Made by a program: the position numbers and the translations under genes
The notes under the pieces: generated by a model
What the model was told of the DNA's origin: nothing
Databases searched by the model: none
Seen by the model: the letters and a program-made list of their open reading frames with translations, nothing else
Shown here: piece by piece, positions 9,852 through 19,153 of the stretch
How the letters are laid out: each line of letters begins with the position of its first letter
How positions within the stretch are numbered: position 1 is the first letter of the stretch
Source of the DNA: Methanothermus fervidus DSM 2088
Lineage (GTDB): Archaea; Methanobacteriota; Methanobacteria; DSM-2088; Methanothermaceae
Length of the DNA stretch: 32,000 nucleotides
Direction of reading: 5' to 3'
Assembly (NCBI GenBank): GCA_000166095.1
Contig: CP002278.1
Span: 960,001 to 992,000 of the forward strand

Positions 9852-10618
9852 AAAATACATTTATAAAGGTCTTAAAAGAAATTGAGCTAGAAAAACCAAT
9901 ATTTATAGAGGCATTGCCTGGTATAGGGCATGTAGGTAAACTAGCTGCAGACCATATAATACATGAATTAAATGCTGAAAAATTTGCAGAACTTTATTCA
10001 CCATCTTTTCCACCACAAGTATTGGTCAAAAAAGATGGAACTATAGAAATGATGAAAAATGAATTTTACTATCTAAAAAATATTGGAGAAAATGAGGATG
10101 ATTACATTATATTAGTTGGAAATACACAAGGATTATCTCCAGAAGGACAATATGAAATTTGTAGTAATGTTATAGATTTCATTGAAAAATTTGATGTGAA
10201 AATGATATATACATTAGGAGGATTAGCTACAGGACAAACTGTTGAAAAACCAAGAGTTTTCGGAGCAGTTACAAATAAAAAACTTGCAGAAAAATTAAAA
10301 AAGCATGATGTAATAATAAGATCAGAAGGTGGAATAGTTGGTGCATCTGGACTACTTCTTGCATTAGGTCAGATGAAAGGAATTGAAGGAGCATGTTTGA
10401 TGGGTGAAACTCCTGGATATTATGTAGATGCAGAAGCTGCAAAAGCATTGCTTGAAAGATTGATGGACATTCTTGGAATTTCAGTAGATACTTCTAAACT
10501 TGAAGAAAGAGCTAAGAAAATTAGGAAAGTATTACATAAGGCTAAACGCCTGGAAGAAGAAATGTTAGAACGTATGAAACCTAAAGCTGGTGACGAAGAC
10601 TTAAGATACATCGGATAA
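9848..10618 (+). CDS. PAC2-family proteasome assembly chaperone-like protein (paralog 1)
   Basis: [20 protein letters not shown]... and a C-terminal coiled-coil tail, as in COG1938/PAC2 (PbaA/PbaB-like). Confidence 0.7.
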   Translation: MKNTFIKVLKEIELEKPIFIEALPGIGHVGKLAADHIIHELNAEKFAELYSPSFPPQVLVKKDGTIEMMKNEFYYLKNIGENEDDYIILVGNTQGLSPEGQYEICSNVIDFIEKFDVKMIYTLGGLATGQTVEKPRVFGAVTNKKLAEKLKKHDVIIRSEGGIVGASGLLLALGQMKGIEGACLMGETPGYYVDAEAAKALLERLMDILGISVDTSKLEERAKKIRKVLHKAKRLEEEMLERMKPKAGDEDLRYIG

Positions 10619-10620
10619 AT

Positions 10621-11784
10621 ATGATTGTTAATGTGGATTTACACATACATAGCTGTTTTTCTCAAGCTGCTTCAAAACACATGGTAATACCTAAAATTGC
10701 AACTTGTGCTAAATCTAAAGGTTTAGATATTGTTGGCACTGGTGATGCATTACATCCACGTTGGTTAAAAATGATAAAAGAAAATACTGAATGTATAGAT
10801 GAAGGTATATATAGATATGATGAATGTAATTTTGCAATTACAGTAGAAATTGAAGATATGAAAAAAGTACATCATCTTGCAATACTACCATCTATTGAAA
10901 CAGCTGAAGATATTATTGAAGAGATATCTTCTGATAATTTAATGAAGAATGGAAGGCCACATCTTTCATTAAATGGAGCAGAAATAATGGATCTCATTCA
11001 TGACCATGATGGCATTATAGGACCTGCTCATGCTTTTACACCTTGGACAAGCCTATATAAGACATATTATAGTTATAAAGAATGTTATGGAAAAAAACCT
11101 GATTTTTTAGAGCTTGGATTATCAGCAGATACAAATATGGCAGATAGAATTGAAGAATTGCAAGACATTGTATTTTTAACAAACTCTGATGCACATTCTC
11201 CTTGGCCACATAGGTTAGGTCGAGAATTTAATAGATTAAAATTGGATGATTTTTCATATACATCCTTAAAAAAATCTATAAAAAAGAAAAAAATAGAAGC
11301 TAATTATGGTATGGATCCGAGATTAGGAAAATATCATTTAACAGCATGTTCTCGTTGTCATAAAGTTTTCGATTATGAAACAGCTGTTAAATTGAAAATG
11401 AGATGTATATGTGGTGGAATAATAAAGAAAGGTGTTGATTACCGTATTTCTGAAATTGCAACATGGGAAAAACCCCATCATCCACCACACAGACCTCCTT
11501 ACATCTACATATTGCCTCTCACCGAAATAATAAGTAAAAGATATGGAAAAGGAATTAATACTAAATTCGTGTGGAATAAATGGAAAGAATTTATTGATAA
11601 TTTTGGAAATGAAATAAAAGTTTTACTTGAAGAACCTATATATGAATTAGAAAAGGTAGATAGAAAAGTCGCACTAGGAATTAAGGCCTTTAGAAACAAC
11701 GAATTAATTATAACCCCTGGTGGTGGAGGAAAGTACGGAGAAATACAATTTCCAGGAAATACATTAGATGCCTACATCAAATAA
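10621..11784 (+). CDS. PHP-domain endonuclease, EndoQ-like (TIGR00375 family)
   Basis: N-terminal PHP motif VDLHIHSCFS...GTGDALHP and an internal zinc finger CSRCH...CICGG. Size is about 390 aa. It resembles Pyrococcus endonuclease Q as I remember it. Confidence 0.7.
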   Translation: MIVNVDLHIHSCFSQAASKHMVIPKIATCAKSKGLDIVGTGDALHPRWLKMIKENTECIDEGIYRYDECNFAITVEIEDMKKVHHLAILPSIETAEDIIEEISSDNLMKNGRPHLSLNGAEIMDLIHDHDGIIGPAHAFTPWTSLYKTYYSYKECYGKKPDFLELGLSADTNMADRIEELQDIVFLTNSDAHSPWPHRLGREFNRLKLDDFSYTSLKKSIKKKKIEANYGMDPRLGKYHLTACSRCHKVFDYETAVKLKMRCICGGIIKKGVDYRISEIATWEKPHHPPHRPPYIYILPLTEIISKRYGKGINTKFVWNKWKEFIDNFGNEIKVLLEEPIYELEKVDRKVALGIKAFRNNELIITPGGGGKYGEIQFPGNTLDAYIK

Positions 11785-11789
11785 GATTA

Positions 11790-11864
11790 CGGACCCGGCG
11801 GGATTTGAACCCGCGACCTTCGGATTAGGAGTCCGACGCCCTATCCAGGCTAGGCTACGGGCCC
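11790..11864 (-). tRNA. tRNA-Arg (anticodon CCU)
   Basis: The reverse complement GGGCCCGTAGCCTAGCCTGGATAGGGCGTCGGACTCCTAATCCGAAGGTCGCGGGTTCAAATCCCGCCGGGTCC folds as a cloverleaf. Anticodon loop is CTCCTAA and T-loop is TTCAAAT. No CCA is encoded. Confidence 0.9.
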
Positions 11865-11876
11865 ATCTACAATTTT

Positions 11877-13295
11877 TTATTTTTCAAATATATAATTTTT
11901 TAATTTATTTAAAAATTTTTTATATTTAGGTTCTATATATGTTCGAAATGTTGTCTCAATAAAGACTTTAAACATCCATGGATGTTTGATAAGATAGGAA
12001 GGTCGTGCATAAAATTTCACATATGCTTTCTCTAATATTTTTTTAACTAATTTCTTACTTAACCCTAATTTTTCATATTTTATCACGGGATTTAAGACTG
12101 TATACTCCTCCCAATTTTCATTTATTAATCCTTTTCTTTTTAATTTATAGTAGATTGGAGTTCCAGGAAATGGTGTCAAAATGCTATATTGACAATAATC
12201 AGGATCTAATTTTATTGAAAAATCTATGGTTTTATTCATTTCATCTAGAGTTTCACCAGGATATCCAAACATAAAAGATGTGACAGTTTGCAAGTTTAAA
12301 TTCTTAGCAACTTTAACAGCATCTTTTATTTGTTTTAATGTTATACCCTTTTTCATTAAATTAAGTACTCTTTGAGATCCAGATTCTGCTCCATAATATA
12401 TCCTATTAAGACCTACAGTTTTCAAATTTTTTAATGTATCTCTATTTATTGTATCTACACGTGAAGAAATTGTAAAATCTATATCTAAATCTCTATTTTT
12501 TAATTCATTGCAAAATTCCTCGATACGACGACGATGAATTGTAAATGTATCATCTAAAAATGTTATTTCCCTTACATTATAGTCATTTACCAATTCTTCT
12601 ATTTCATCCACAATATTTTCAGCACTACGATATCTAAATCTCTTGCCCATCATCTTTGATGAGGAACAATACTCACAATTATATGGGCAACCTCTTGAAC
12701 TTATAATACCTCCTGTCTCCTCAGATAAATTATATTCCTTAAAAGGCACAAGATGTCTTGCTGGAAAAGGAATTTCATCTAAGTTTTCAATAAGAGGTCT
12801 TGGATCGTTTATATGTAATCTTTCATCATTGTCTCTATATGCTATCCCTCTTATTTTCTCTAAACATTTTTTCCCTTTACTCTCATATTCTAATGCTAAT
12901 TCCTTAAAAGTTTCTTCCCCTTCTCCAATTACAACGACATCTAACTCTGGACATTCCCTTAGAGTTTTAATAGGTAAAAAAGTTGCATGGGGGCCTCCAA
13001 TCACAGTTAATATATTGGGAAGCAATTTTTTAATGGATTTTATATATTCTAGAGCCTTCTTAATTAATGGGGTTGTTGCAGTCACTCCTACAATTGAAGG
13101 GTTTAATTTTTTAATAATCTTTGTAACTTTTTTTATACCCCATTCCTTAAGGTTATCATCAATTATTCCAACAGATAGTGAAGCACTTTCTAATGAAGAA
13201 GCCAAATACATCAAATTAAGTGGAGGAACCTTATATCTTAATTTTTCTTTTATGTCTGTGGTGTCTAGAGGATTTATTAATATAACGTCTTTCAT
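11877..13295 (-). CDS. B12-binding (class B) radical SAM protein
   Basis: N-terminal cobalamin-binding-type region (VILINP...[10 protein letters not shown]...GGPHATF) and radical SAM motif [17 protein letters not shown] lies 7 nt before ATG 13295. Confidence 0.85.
   Translation of the reverse strand: MKDVILINPLDTTDIKEKLRYKVPPLNLMYLASSLESASLSVGIIDDNLKEWGIKKVTKIIKKLNPSIVGVTATTPLIKKALEYIKSIKKLLPNILTVIGGPHATFLPIKTLRECPELDVVVIGEGEETFKELALEYESKGKKCLEKIRGIAYRDNDERLHINDPRPLIENLDEIPFPARHLVPFKEYNLSEETGGIISSRGCPYNCEYCSSSKMMGKRFRYRSAENIVDEIEELVNDYNVREITFLDDTFTIHRRRIEEFCNELKNRDLDIDFTISSRVDTINRDTLKNLKTVGLNRIYYGAESGSQRVLNLMKKGITLKQIKDAVKVAKNLNLQTVTSFMFGYPGETLDEMNKTIDFSIKLDPDYCQYSILTPFPGTPIYYKLKRKGLINENWEEYTVLNPVIKYEKLGLSKKLVKKILEKAYVKFYARPSYLIKHPWMFKVFIETTFRTYIEPKYKKFLNKLKNYIFEK
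11888..11895 (-). promoter_or_regulatory. Candidate TATA box (TTATATAT) for tRNA-Arg(CCU), embedded in the last codons of the upstream CDS
   Basis: The minus strand reads AAAAATTATATATTTGAAAAATAA, encoding K-N-Y-I-F-E-K-stop. The box lies 24-31 nt upstream of the mature tRNA 5' end. Confidence 0.4.
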
Positions 13296-14694
13296 TCTTT
13301 ATCTCCATCCATTTTTCATTATGGATACAACCAGGATCAGGTGCACAAACATCTGAGAAATAAGCATAAGCTCTAGCACGGCAACCTCCACAAATATCAC
13401 GATTTACACAAGTTTTACAATGCCCCTTTAACAGGTTTCTATTTCTTAATTTCCATAACACTTCATTTTTTTCCCATATTTCTCTAAAATCATCCTCTAG
13501 TATATTACCTAATTTTACATGTTCATCATGTGGGAAAAAGACACAAGGATAAATATCTCCATTAGGTTCAAGACTTAAATAAAATCTGCCAGCACCACAT
13601 CCTCCAATGAAGTCTGCCAGTTGTCTAATTTCATTGCTTTCATATTTAGGGTTGTAAAAGTGTGTAGGTATGATTTCCCCAGATTTTTTAGTTGCAACAG
13701 ATGCAAATTGTGGTGCAGTAGATAATATTTCAATTTCTCTTTCATAATTTAAAGCATAAATTTTCTCTAATAATCTGTATCTATCTTTAGGACTGATATC
13801 CATATCTACATTTTTTGAACCTCTACCTACAGGGACAAAATTATAAAGCATTAACCAATCTGCTCCTAATTTCTCGACAAGATCTACCATTCCCAATATT
13901 TCTTTATAATTATTTTTTGTGACTGTCGTTGCTACCTCTACAAACACCTCAGTTTTAGAAAAATTCTTTATAGCCTCACAAGCTCTTTTCCATGCCCCAT
14001 TAACACCTCTAAATTCATCATGTGTTTTAGGATTAAGACCATCTAAAGATATTTGCACAAACTTAAGTCCAGCTTCTTCAAATTCTTTACATCGTTCTTT
14101 ATTGGAAAATATAAAACCATTTGTTGCCATGGCTACATATAATCCTTTTTCACTTGCATATTCAATATAATCAAGAATATTTGGATGTATACTTGGTTCT
14201 CCACCAGAAAATGCCAATATCGGAATTTTTTCACTTGAAATGATGTCAATAATATTCATTACATCTTCTTTCCCTAATTCTTCAGAATTTCCTTTAGACT
14301 CATAACAATGTTTACAATTCATATTACATCTTTGTGTAATATTCCAAACTACCTGGAATGGAGAACCAGGGACAAAAGGCTTTTTAACACCAAATGTTGC
14401 TATACCTTTAAGCACGTTTATTAATCCCATCGTCCAATATGGATCTTTCATCCTTTCTTTTACTTCTTCTTCGTCAACTCCAAAGGCTTCTGATCCTTTT
14501 TTAATTATATATCCCAAAATGTACGAGTCTAATTTACAAAGGAGACATTTATTATCTCCAGTTATATAATGCTCCAATGCAGCCTCTAATTTACTTTTAT
14601 TATCTTTTTTACATTTAGATAACATATGTCTTATTAAAAATTTAGAAATAGGATTATCAACAATTTTTTTGAATGTATGTATCATTTTATCCAT
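13231..14694 (-). CDS. Radical SAM/SPASM-domain protein with an N-terminal extension of about 115 aa
   Basis: CNMNCKHC (CxxxCxxC) and C-terminal Cys clusters GGCGAGRFY...YPCVFFP...[31 protein letters not shown] precedes ATG 14694, so the ORF-track GTG 14718 is rejected. Confidence 0.85.
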   Translation of the reverse strand: MDKMIHTFKKIVDNPISKFLIRHMLSKCKKDNKSKLEAALEHYITGDNKCLLCKLDSYILGYIIKKGSEAFGVDEEEVKERMKDPYWTMGLINVLKGIATFGVKKPFVPGSPFQVVWNITQRCNMNCKHCYESKGNSEELGKEDVMNIIDIISSEKIPILAFSGGEPSIHPNILDYIEYASEKGLYVAMATNGFIFSNKERCKEFEEAGLKFVQISLDGLNPKTHDEFRGVNGAWKRACEAIKNFSKTEVFVEVATTVTKNNYKEILGMVDLVEKLGADWLMLYNFVPVGRGSKNVDMDISPKDRYRLLEKIYALNYEREIEILSTAPQFASVATKKSGEIIPTHFYNPKYESNEIRQLADFIGGCGAGRFYLSLEPNGDIYPCVFFPHDEHVKLGNILEDDFREIWEKNEVLWKLRNRNLLKGHCKTCVNRDICGGCRARAYAYFSDVCAPDPGCIHNEKWMEIKNERRYINKSSRHHRHKRKIKI

Positions 14695-14856
14695 GAAACT
14701 CCCCTCAAAAATAAACACTATTCACAATTTTTTATATTTTAAATTATAAAAATTTTATCATAAAATATTGATATTCAAAAGACAATTTTTTTATTATATC
14801 TGAAAAAATTGAACAAAATAACAACTAAAAACTTAAATTTGACTTTTCATGCTGTG

Positions 14857-14917
14857 TCAGAGTTCAGCCTTTTCATCATGACTTAAAAACATGTTCAGAT
14901 TTTTCGGCCTTCATCAT
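14857..14917 (-). ncRNA. Candidate C/D-box sRNA (2'-O-methylation guide)
   Basis: The minus strand reads ATGATGA (C) - AGGCCGAAAAAT (12 nt) - CTGA (D') - 15 nt - ATGATGA (C') - AAAGGCTGAACT (12 nt) - CTGA (D). It is intergenic and is a GC-enriched island in AT-rich spacer. Confidence 0.55.
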
Positions 14918-14971
14918 CATAAAAAATTTAATTTTCAAGAAAAAATAAAATTATTGTAATATGGTGAGAAC

Positions 14972-15304
14972 ATGGAAAAGGTAAAATTAATTTTTTATTT
15001 CATCCTGGGTGGGATTGTTGTAGCTTTAACTACCTATTTTGGAAGTGAAAGAAGAGGAATATTAGCGGCTTTTATTGCAATGTTTCCATCTGTAACAGTT
15101 CTTACGTTATTAACAATTTATCTGGAAGCTGGAACAGATTCTGTAATTTCATATGTTAAAGGCCTGCTTTTATTGACACCGCCTTGGATGCTTTATCTTT
15201 TATCTTTAGTTTACATATTGCCAAGATATGGATTTTTAACTGCTATATTGGTAGGTGTAATAATCTATTTTTCCCTGGCTTCAATTCTTATGTTTTTAAT
15301 TTAA
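14972..15304 (+). CDS. Small integral membrane protein (4 TM, GlpM/DUF3147-like?)
   Basis: GGTGAG RBS before the ATG. 110 aa, almost entirely hydrophobic helices. The family assignment is from memory only. Confidence 0.55.
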   Translation: MEKVKLIFYFILGGIVVALTTYFGSERRGILAAFIAMFPSVTVLTLLTIYLEAGTDSVISYVKGLLLLTPPWMLYLLSLVYILPRYGFLTAILVGVIIYFSLASILMFLI

Positions 15305-15309
15305 GTAAG

Positions 15310-15648
15310 TTATACACCATCTACTTCTAAAAGTTCAAAAAATTCTTTTACTATTTCTTTAGATAATGAATCCATATTTTTAATGTTTCCATCTTCTGGG
15401 CAATATATAGATGCTTTTTTATCATTTGAAGCATAGATAATTATTTTCTCTTTACCCCATTGGCGTAAAGGATCTATTACTAAAATATCAAGGTTCTCAT
15501 AATATTCTATACTTACAAAACCACCACAGCCAGCAGGATATATTATCATGGTTCTTAATGGAGTTTCTATCTCTCTACAGGTCTTTAAAAATTTAGGAAA
15601 TGGTTTGCCATTTTTTACAACATTCATTATATTTTTTATCTTCTCCAT
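15310..15648 (-). CDS. Hypothetical protein (about 112 aa), no recognised family
   Basis: AGGAG RBS upstream. ATG 15648 is preferred over TTG 15651. Composition looks coding. It is divergent from frhA. Confidence 0.5.
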   Translation of the reverse strand: MEKIKNIMNVVKNGKPFPKFLKTCREIETPLRTMIIYPAGCGGFVSIEYYENLDILVIDPLRQWGKEKIIIYASNDKKASIYCPEDGNIKNMDSLSKEIVKEFFELLEVDGV

Positions 15649-15780
15649 CAAACTTACATCTCCTTATTTTACTTTATAAAATTTAGTAATACTAATCATT
15701 TTAATTTTAAGCATTTATTATATAATAATACAATTTTATTATTTCTATATAAACTTTTTTATTTAACAAGTATTTGAAAA

Positions 15781-15807
15781 TTTTATAACTGGTTATGAAT
15801 AACCAGT
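15781..15807 (+). promoter_or_regulatory. frh promoter region: TATA-like TTTTATAA (15781-15788) followed by a perfect palindrome ACTGGTTAT-GA-ATAACCAGT (15788-15807)
   Basis: Read directly from the sequence. The palindrome ends 30 nt upstream of the frhA start (TTG 15838) and 18 nt upstream of the GAGGTG RBS (15826-15831). Confidence 0.4.
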
Positions 15808-15837
15808 ATAACATAAAATTACTATGAGGTGAATTTT

Positions 15838-17064
15838 TTGGCAGAAAGAGTTGTTATTTCACCTACTTCTAGACAGGAAGGTCATGCAGAATTAGTAATG
15901 GAAGTGGATGATGAAGGAATAGTAACCAAAGGATATTATTTTTCAATAACTCCTGTAAGAGGACTTGAAAAAATGGTATTAGGTAAAGATCCAGAAACAG
16001 CGCCAGTTCTTACACAAAGGATTTGTGGAGTATGTCCTATTCCTCATACTTTAGCTTCAACAGAGGCTATAGAAGACTCCTTAGGAATTGAAATTCCAGA
16101 AACAGCTCGTCTATTAAGAGAATTGCTTTGCGCTGCTCACCATATAAACAGTCATGCCATCCATCAGTTCTTGATAGCAAAAGATTTTGTACCAGAAGAA
16201 AAAATGAAAGATGTAATAAATTCAATTTCAGAGATTAGGAAAAATGCACAATACGTTGTTGAAAAAGTAGGTGGTGAGGGAATACATCCTCCAGATGTAC
16301 GTATAGGTGGAATGGCAAAAAATATAACAGAACTAACACGAAAGAGAGCATATGCTAAATTAAAACAATTAGCTCCTAAATTAAATGAACATGTAGAGCA
16401 GATGATAGAATTTATTGAGGAAAAAGGATTACCTAAAGGTTTAGGTGCACATGACCAACCAACATTTGCTACTCATCCAATATATGGGGATAGAGAAAAA
16501 TTCGATTTAGAAAGATTTACAGAAGTCATGCCTGAAAGTTGGTATGATGATCCAGAAATAGGAAAACGTGCATGTTCAACTATACCTCTTTACGATGGTA
16601 GAAATGTAGAGGTAGGTCCCAGAGCAAGACTTGTTGAATTTCAAGGATTTAAAGATAAAGGAGTGGTAGCACAACACATTGCTCGTGCTTTAGAAATGAA
16701 AACAGCGCTTGCAAGGGCTCTTAATATTCTCGACAAATTAAACACAAGTGCAAGAGTTAGAGTTGATTATGATGACAGAGGATCTGGAAAGTTAGGATTA
16801 GGAGTTATTGAAGCTCCAAGAGGCACTGATATCCATATGGCCAAAGTTGAAAATGGTAAAATACAATACTACAATGCATTAGTTCCAACAACATGGAATA
16901 TTCCAACGATTGGTCAAGCAACTGAAGGTTATCATCATAAGTATGGCCCACATGTTGTTAGAGCATATGATCCTTGCTTATCATGTGCAACTCATGTCAT
17001 TGTTAAGGACAAAGAAGGCATTGTAAAGCAAGGAATATTTGATGGTGTTAGTTGCAATGTATGA
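15838..17064 (+). CDS. frhA: Coenzyme F420-reducing [NiFe] hydrogenase, alpha subunit
   Basis: [31 protein letters not shown]..., N-terminal Ni ligand motif [10 protein letters not shown] and C-terminal DPCLSCATH followed by a 20-aa extension that the protease cleaves. GAGGTG RBS, then TTG 15838. The ORF-track GTG 15829 lies inside the RBS. Confidence 0.95.
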   Translation: MAERVVISPTSRQEGHAELVMEVDDEGIVTKGYYFSITPVRGLEKMVLGKDPETAPVLTQRICGVCPIPHTLASTEAIEDSLGIEIPETARLLRELLCAAHHINSHAIHQFLIAKDFVPEEKMKDVINSISEIRKNAQYVVEKVGGEGIHPPDVRIGGMAKNITELTRKRAYAKLKQLAPKLNEHVEQMIEFIEEKGLPKGLGAHDQPTFATHPIYGDREKFDLERFTEVMPESWYDDPEIGKRACSTIPLYDGRNVEVGPRARLVEFQGFKDKGVVAQHIARALEMKTALARALNILDKLNTSARVRVDYDDRGSGKLGLGVIEAPRGTDIHMAKVENGKIQYYNALVPTTWNIPTIGQATEGYHHKYGPHVVRAYDPCLSCATHVIVKDKEGIVKQGIFDGVSCNV

Positions 17065-17533
17065 TGCAGAAATACTGGTAGTTGGATGTGGAAACATATT
17101 GTTTAAGGATGATGGCTTTGGTCCAATTGTAATTAAAGAATTAGAGAAATATATAGAAGAAAACAATATAAAATTGCCAAAGAATGTAAAAATTATTGAT
17201 GGAGGAACTGGAGCTACTTATCACATCTTTTCTCTTCCATCTGAGTCTTGGAAAAAAATAATTGTTGTAGATGTTGTAGAGTTTGATGCTAAGCCAGGAA
17301 CTGTCAAAAAGTTTAACATAGATGAGCTTCCAAAAGGAAAATACGAAAATCCACATTCATGGCCAGTGACAGATCCTTTACATGAATTATCTAAAAAAAT
17401 AGATATTGTAGTGATTGGTTGTAAACCCAAAAAAATTTCTGCACCATATGTTGAGGAAGGACTTACACCTCCTGTGAAAAAATCTGTTCAAAAGGCAATT
17501 AAAATGATATTAGAAGAAATTGGGGTTTTTTAG
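17057..17533 (+). CDS. frhD: F420-reducing hydrogenase delta subunit / FrhA maturation endopeptidase
   Basis: [23 protein letters not shown] matches the FrhD N-terminus as I remember it. ATG 17057 overlaps the frhA stop by 8 nt. Confidence 0.9.
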   Translation: MYDAEILVVGCGNILFKDDGFGPIVIKELEKYIEENNIKLPKNVKIIDGGTGATYHIFSLPSESWKKIIVVDVVEFDAKPGTVKKFNIDELPKGKYENPHSWPVTDPLHELSKKIDIVVIGCKPKKISAPYVEEGLTPPVKKSVQKAIKMILEEIGVF

Positions 17534-18298
17534 ATGAGTATAAGTAATAAAATTAAAAAAATGTTGGGACTTAAGTCTGAAAGTGCTGAGGAGGTTAAAG
17601 AGATGAAAAAACCAAAAATAGGGTATATACATTTAAGTGGTTGTACTGGCTGCCTTATGTCTCTAACAGAGAATTATGATCTTTTGGCGGATCTATTAGA
17701 CATGGTAGAGATTGTGTATGGTCACACACTAGTTGATGTTTGGGAAATGCCTGAAATGGATCTAGCATTAGTTGAGGGTAGTGTCTGTATACAAGATGAG
17801 CATAGTGTAGAAGAACTTATGGAAGCCAGAGAAAAAGCTGACCTTTTATGTGCATTAGGATCTTGTGCAATGACTGGAGGATTCACAAGATATGCACGTG
17901 GTGGACAACAGGCACAACCTTCACATGAATCATTTTTACCTATCAGTGAATTAGTTAAAGTAGATTTAGCAATTCCTGGTTGCCCTCCATCACCAGAGAT
18001 CATTGCAAAAACACTTACTGCATATATAAAAGAAGATATGGATTATCTCAAACCTCTCATGGATTTACCAAAACATAATGAGCTTTGTGGTTGTGACTTA
18101 CAAAACGAAGTTGTTAATAAGGCATTATGCTGTGGTTGTGGAAGTTGTGCAATGGCATGTCAAACGAGAGCAATAGAGATGGTCAATGGCAGGCCAGAAA
18201 TCAATACCAACCGATGTATAAAATGTGGTGTATGTTACGTACATTGTCCAAGGACATGGTGGCCTGAAGAACAGATAAAAAGTGAATTAGAGTTATAA
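17534..18298 (+). CDS. frhG: F420-reducing hydrogenase gamma (small) subunit
   Basis: [12 protein letters not shown]...GSCA...GCPP small-subunit cluster motifs, plus a C-terminal 2x[4Fe-4S] ferredoxin domain ([11 protein letters not shown]...[12 protein letters not shown]). Confidence 0.9.
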   Translation: MSISNKIKKMLGLKSESAEEVKEMKKPKIGYIHLSGCTGCLMSLTENYDLLADLLDMVEIVYGHTLVDVWEMPEMDLALVEGSVCIQDEHSVEELMEAREKADLLCALGSCAMTGGFTRYARGGQQAQPSHESFLPISELVKVDLAIPGCPPSPEIIAKTLTAYIKEDMDYLKPLMDLPKHNELCGCDLQNEVVNKALCCGCGSCAMACQTRAIEMVNGRPEINTNRCIKCGVCYVHCPRTWWPEEQIKSELEL

Positions 18299-18310
18299 AA
18301 GGTGTTATAA

Positions 18311-19153
18311 ATGGTTTTAGGAAAATATGTTGAGGCTGTAGCAGCAAAATGTAAAGATAAAGAAATACAAAAAGTATCACAAGATGGTGGTGTAGTAAGC
18401 GGACTTCTAATTTATGCATTAGAGGAAGGAATAATAGAAGGTGCGGTAGTTTCAAAAGTAACTGATGAACCTTGGAAACCACAGCCACATATTGCTACCA
18501 CTAGAGATGAAATTTTAGCTGCAGCAGGTACAAAGTATACAATGTGTCCAAATGTATGGATGATAAAGGAAGCCACAAGACAATATGGAATTGAAAAATT
18601 GGGAATTGTTGGTGTGCCCTGCCAAATAGGAGCAGTCAGAAAAATGCAGACATACCCATTTGGAGCAAGATTTGTTCCAGATAAAATTAAGTTAATCGTT
18701 GGAATCTACTGTATGGAAAACTTTCCATATTCATCATTAGAAACTTTTGTTTCAGAGAAAATGAACCTTAGTCTTGATATTGTGGACAAAATGGATATAG
18801 GTAAAGGGAAATTCTGGGCATACACAGTTGATGAAACAGCAACAATTCCATTGAAAGAAACACATGGTTATGAACAAAGCAGTTGTAAAGTTTGTAATGA
18901 TTATACAGCTGAACTCGCTGATATTTCCACAGGGTCTGTTGGTACACCAGATGGATGGTCAACAGTTTTAACACGGACAAAATTTGGTGACAAATTATTT
19001 AAGGAAGCTGTGGAGGTAGGAATGTTTGAAACAAAACCAATAGAGGAAGTTAAACCAGGATTAGGATTGCTAAAAAAACTAGCTAAACAGAAAAAGGAAA
19101 GAGCAGAAAAAACAATTGAAGAAAGAAAGAAATTAGGGCTTCCTGTGCCCTAA
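18311..19153 (+). CDS. frhB: F420-reducing hydrogenase beta subunit (F420/FAD-binding)
   Basis: [25 protein letters not shown]...GVPCQI...[15 protein letters not shown], typical of the FrhB family. Confidence 0.9.
   Translation: MVLGKYVEAVAAKCKDKEIQKVSQDGGVVSGLLIYALEEGIIEGAVVSKVTDEPWKPQPHIATTRDEILAAAGTKYTMCPNVWMIKEATRQYGIEKLGIVGVPCQIGAVRKMQTYPFGARFVPDKIKLIVGIYCMENFPYSSLETFVSEKMNLSLDIVDKMDIGKGKFWAYTVDETATIPLKETHGYEQSSCKVCNDYTAELADISTGSVGTPDGWSTVLTRTKFGDKLFKEAVEVGMFETKPIEEVKPGLGLLKKLAKQKKERAEKTIEERKKLGLPVP

Noticed and set aside
12643-13356. Long antisense ORFs: 237 aa here, plus 603-959, 3088-3585, 3380-3721, 21978-22385, 23047-23445, 25031-25570, 27433-27762, 28303-28611 and other shorter ones
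   Set aside because: All lie entirely opposite genes with strong family signatures. They have low-complexity Ser/Phe/Ile/Leu-rich composition, lack RBSs and show no recognisable motifs. They are typical shadow frames of Lys/Glu/Ile-rich AT-biased genes.
14849-14959. Small plus-strand ORFs next to the radical-SAM operon (10 aa MLCQSSAFSS, and 22 aa MFRFFGLHHHKKFNFQEKIKLL), considered as RiPP precursor peptides
   Set aside because: They have no RBS and run in the opposite orientation to the rSAM genes. The same nucleotides are better explained by the C/D-box sRNA pattern on the minus strand.
15838-17064. Possible selenocysteine (in-frame TGA) version of FrhA, as in the Methanococcales fru operon
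   Set aside because: The ORF is uninterrupted and the C-terminal Ni-ligand motif is DPCLSCATH, with Cys at both positions. This is the Cys-type Frh.
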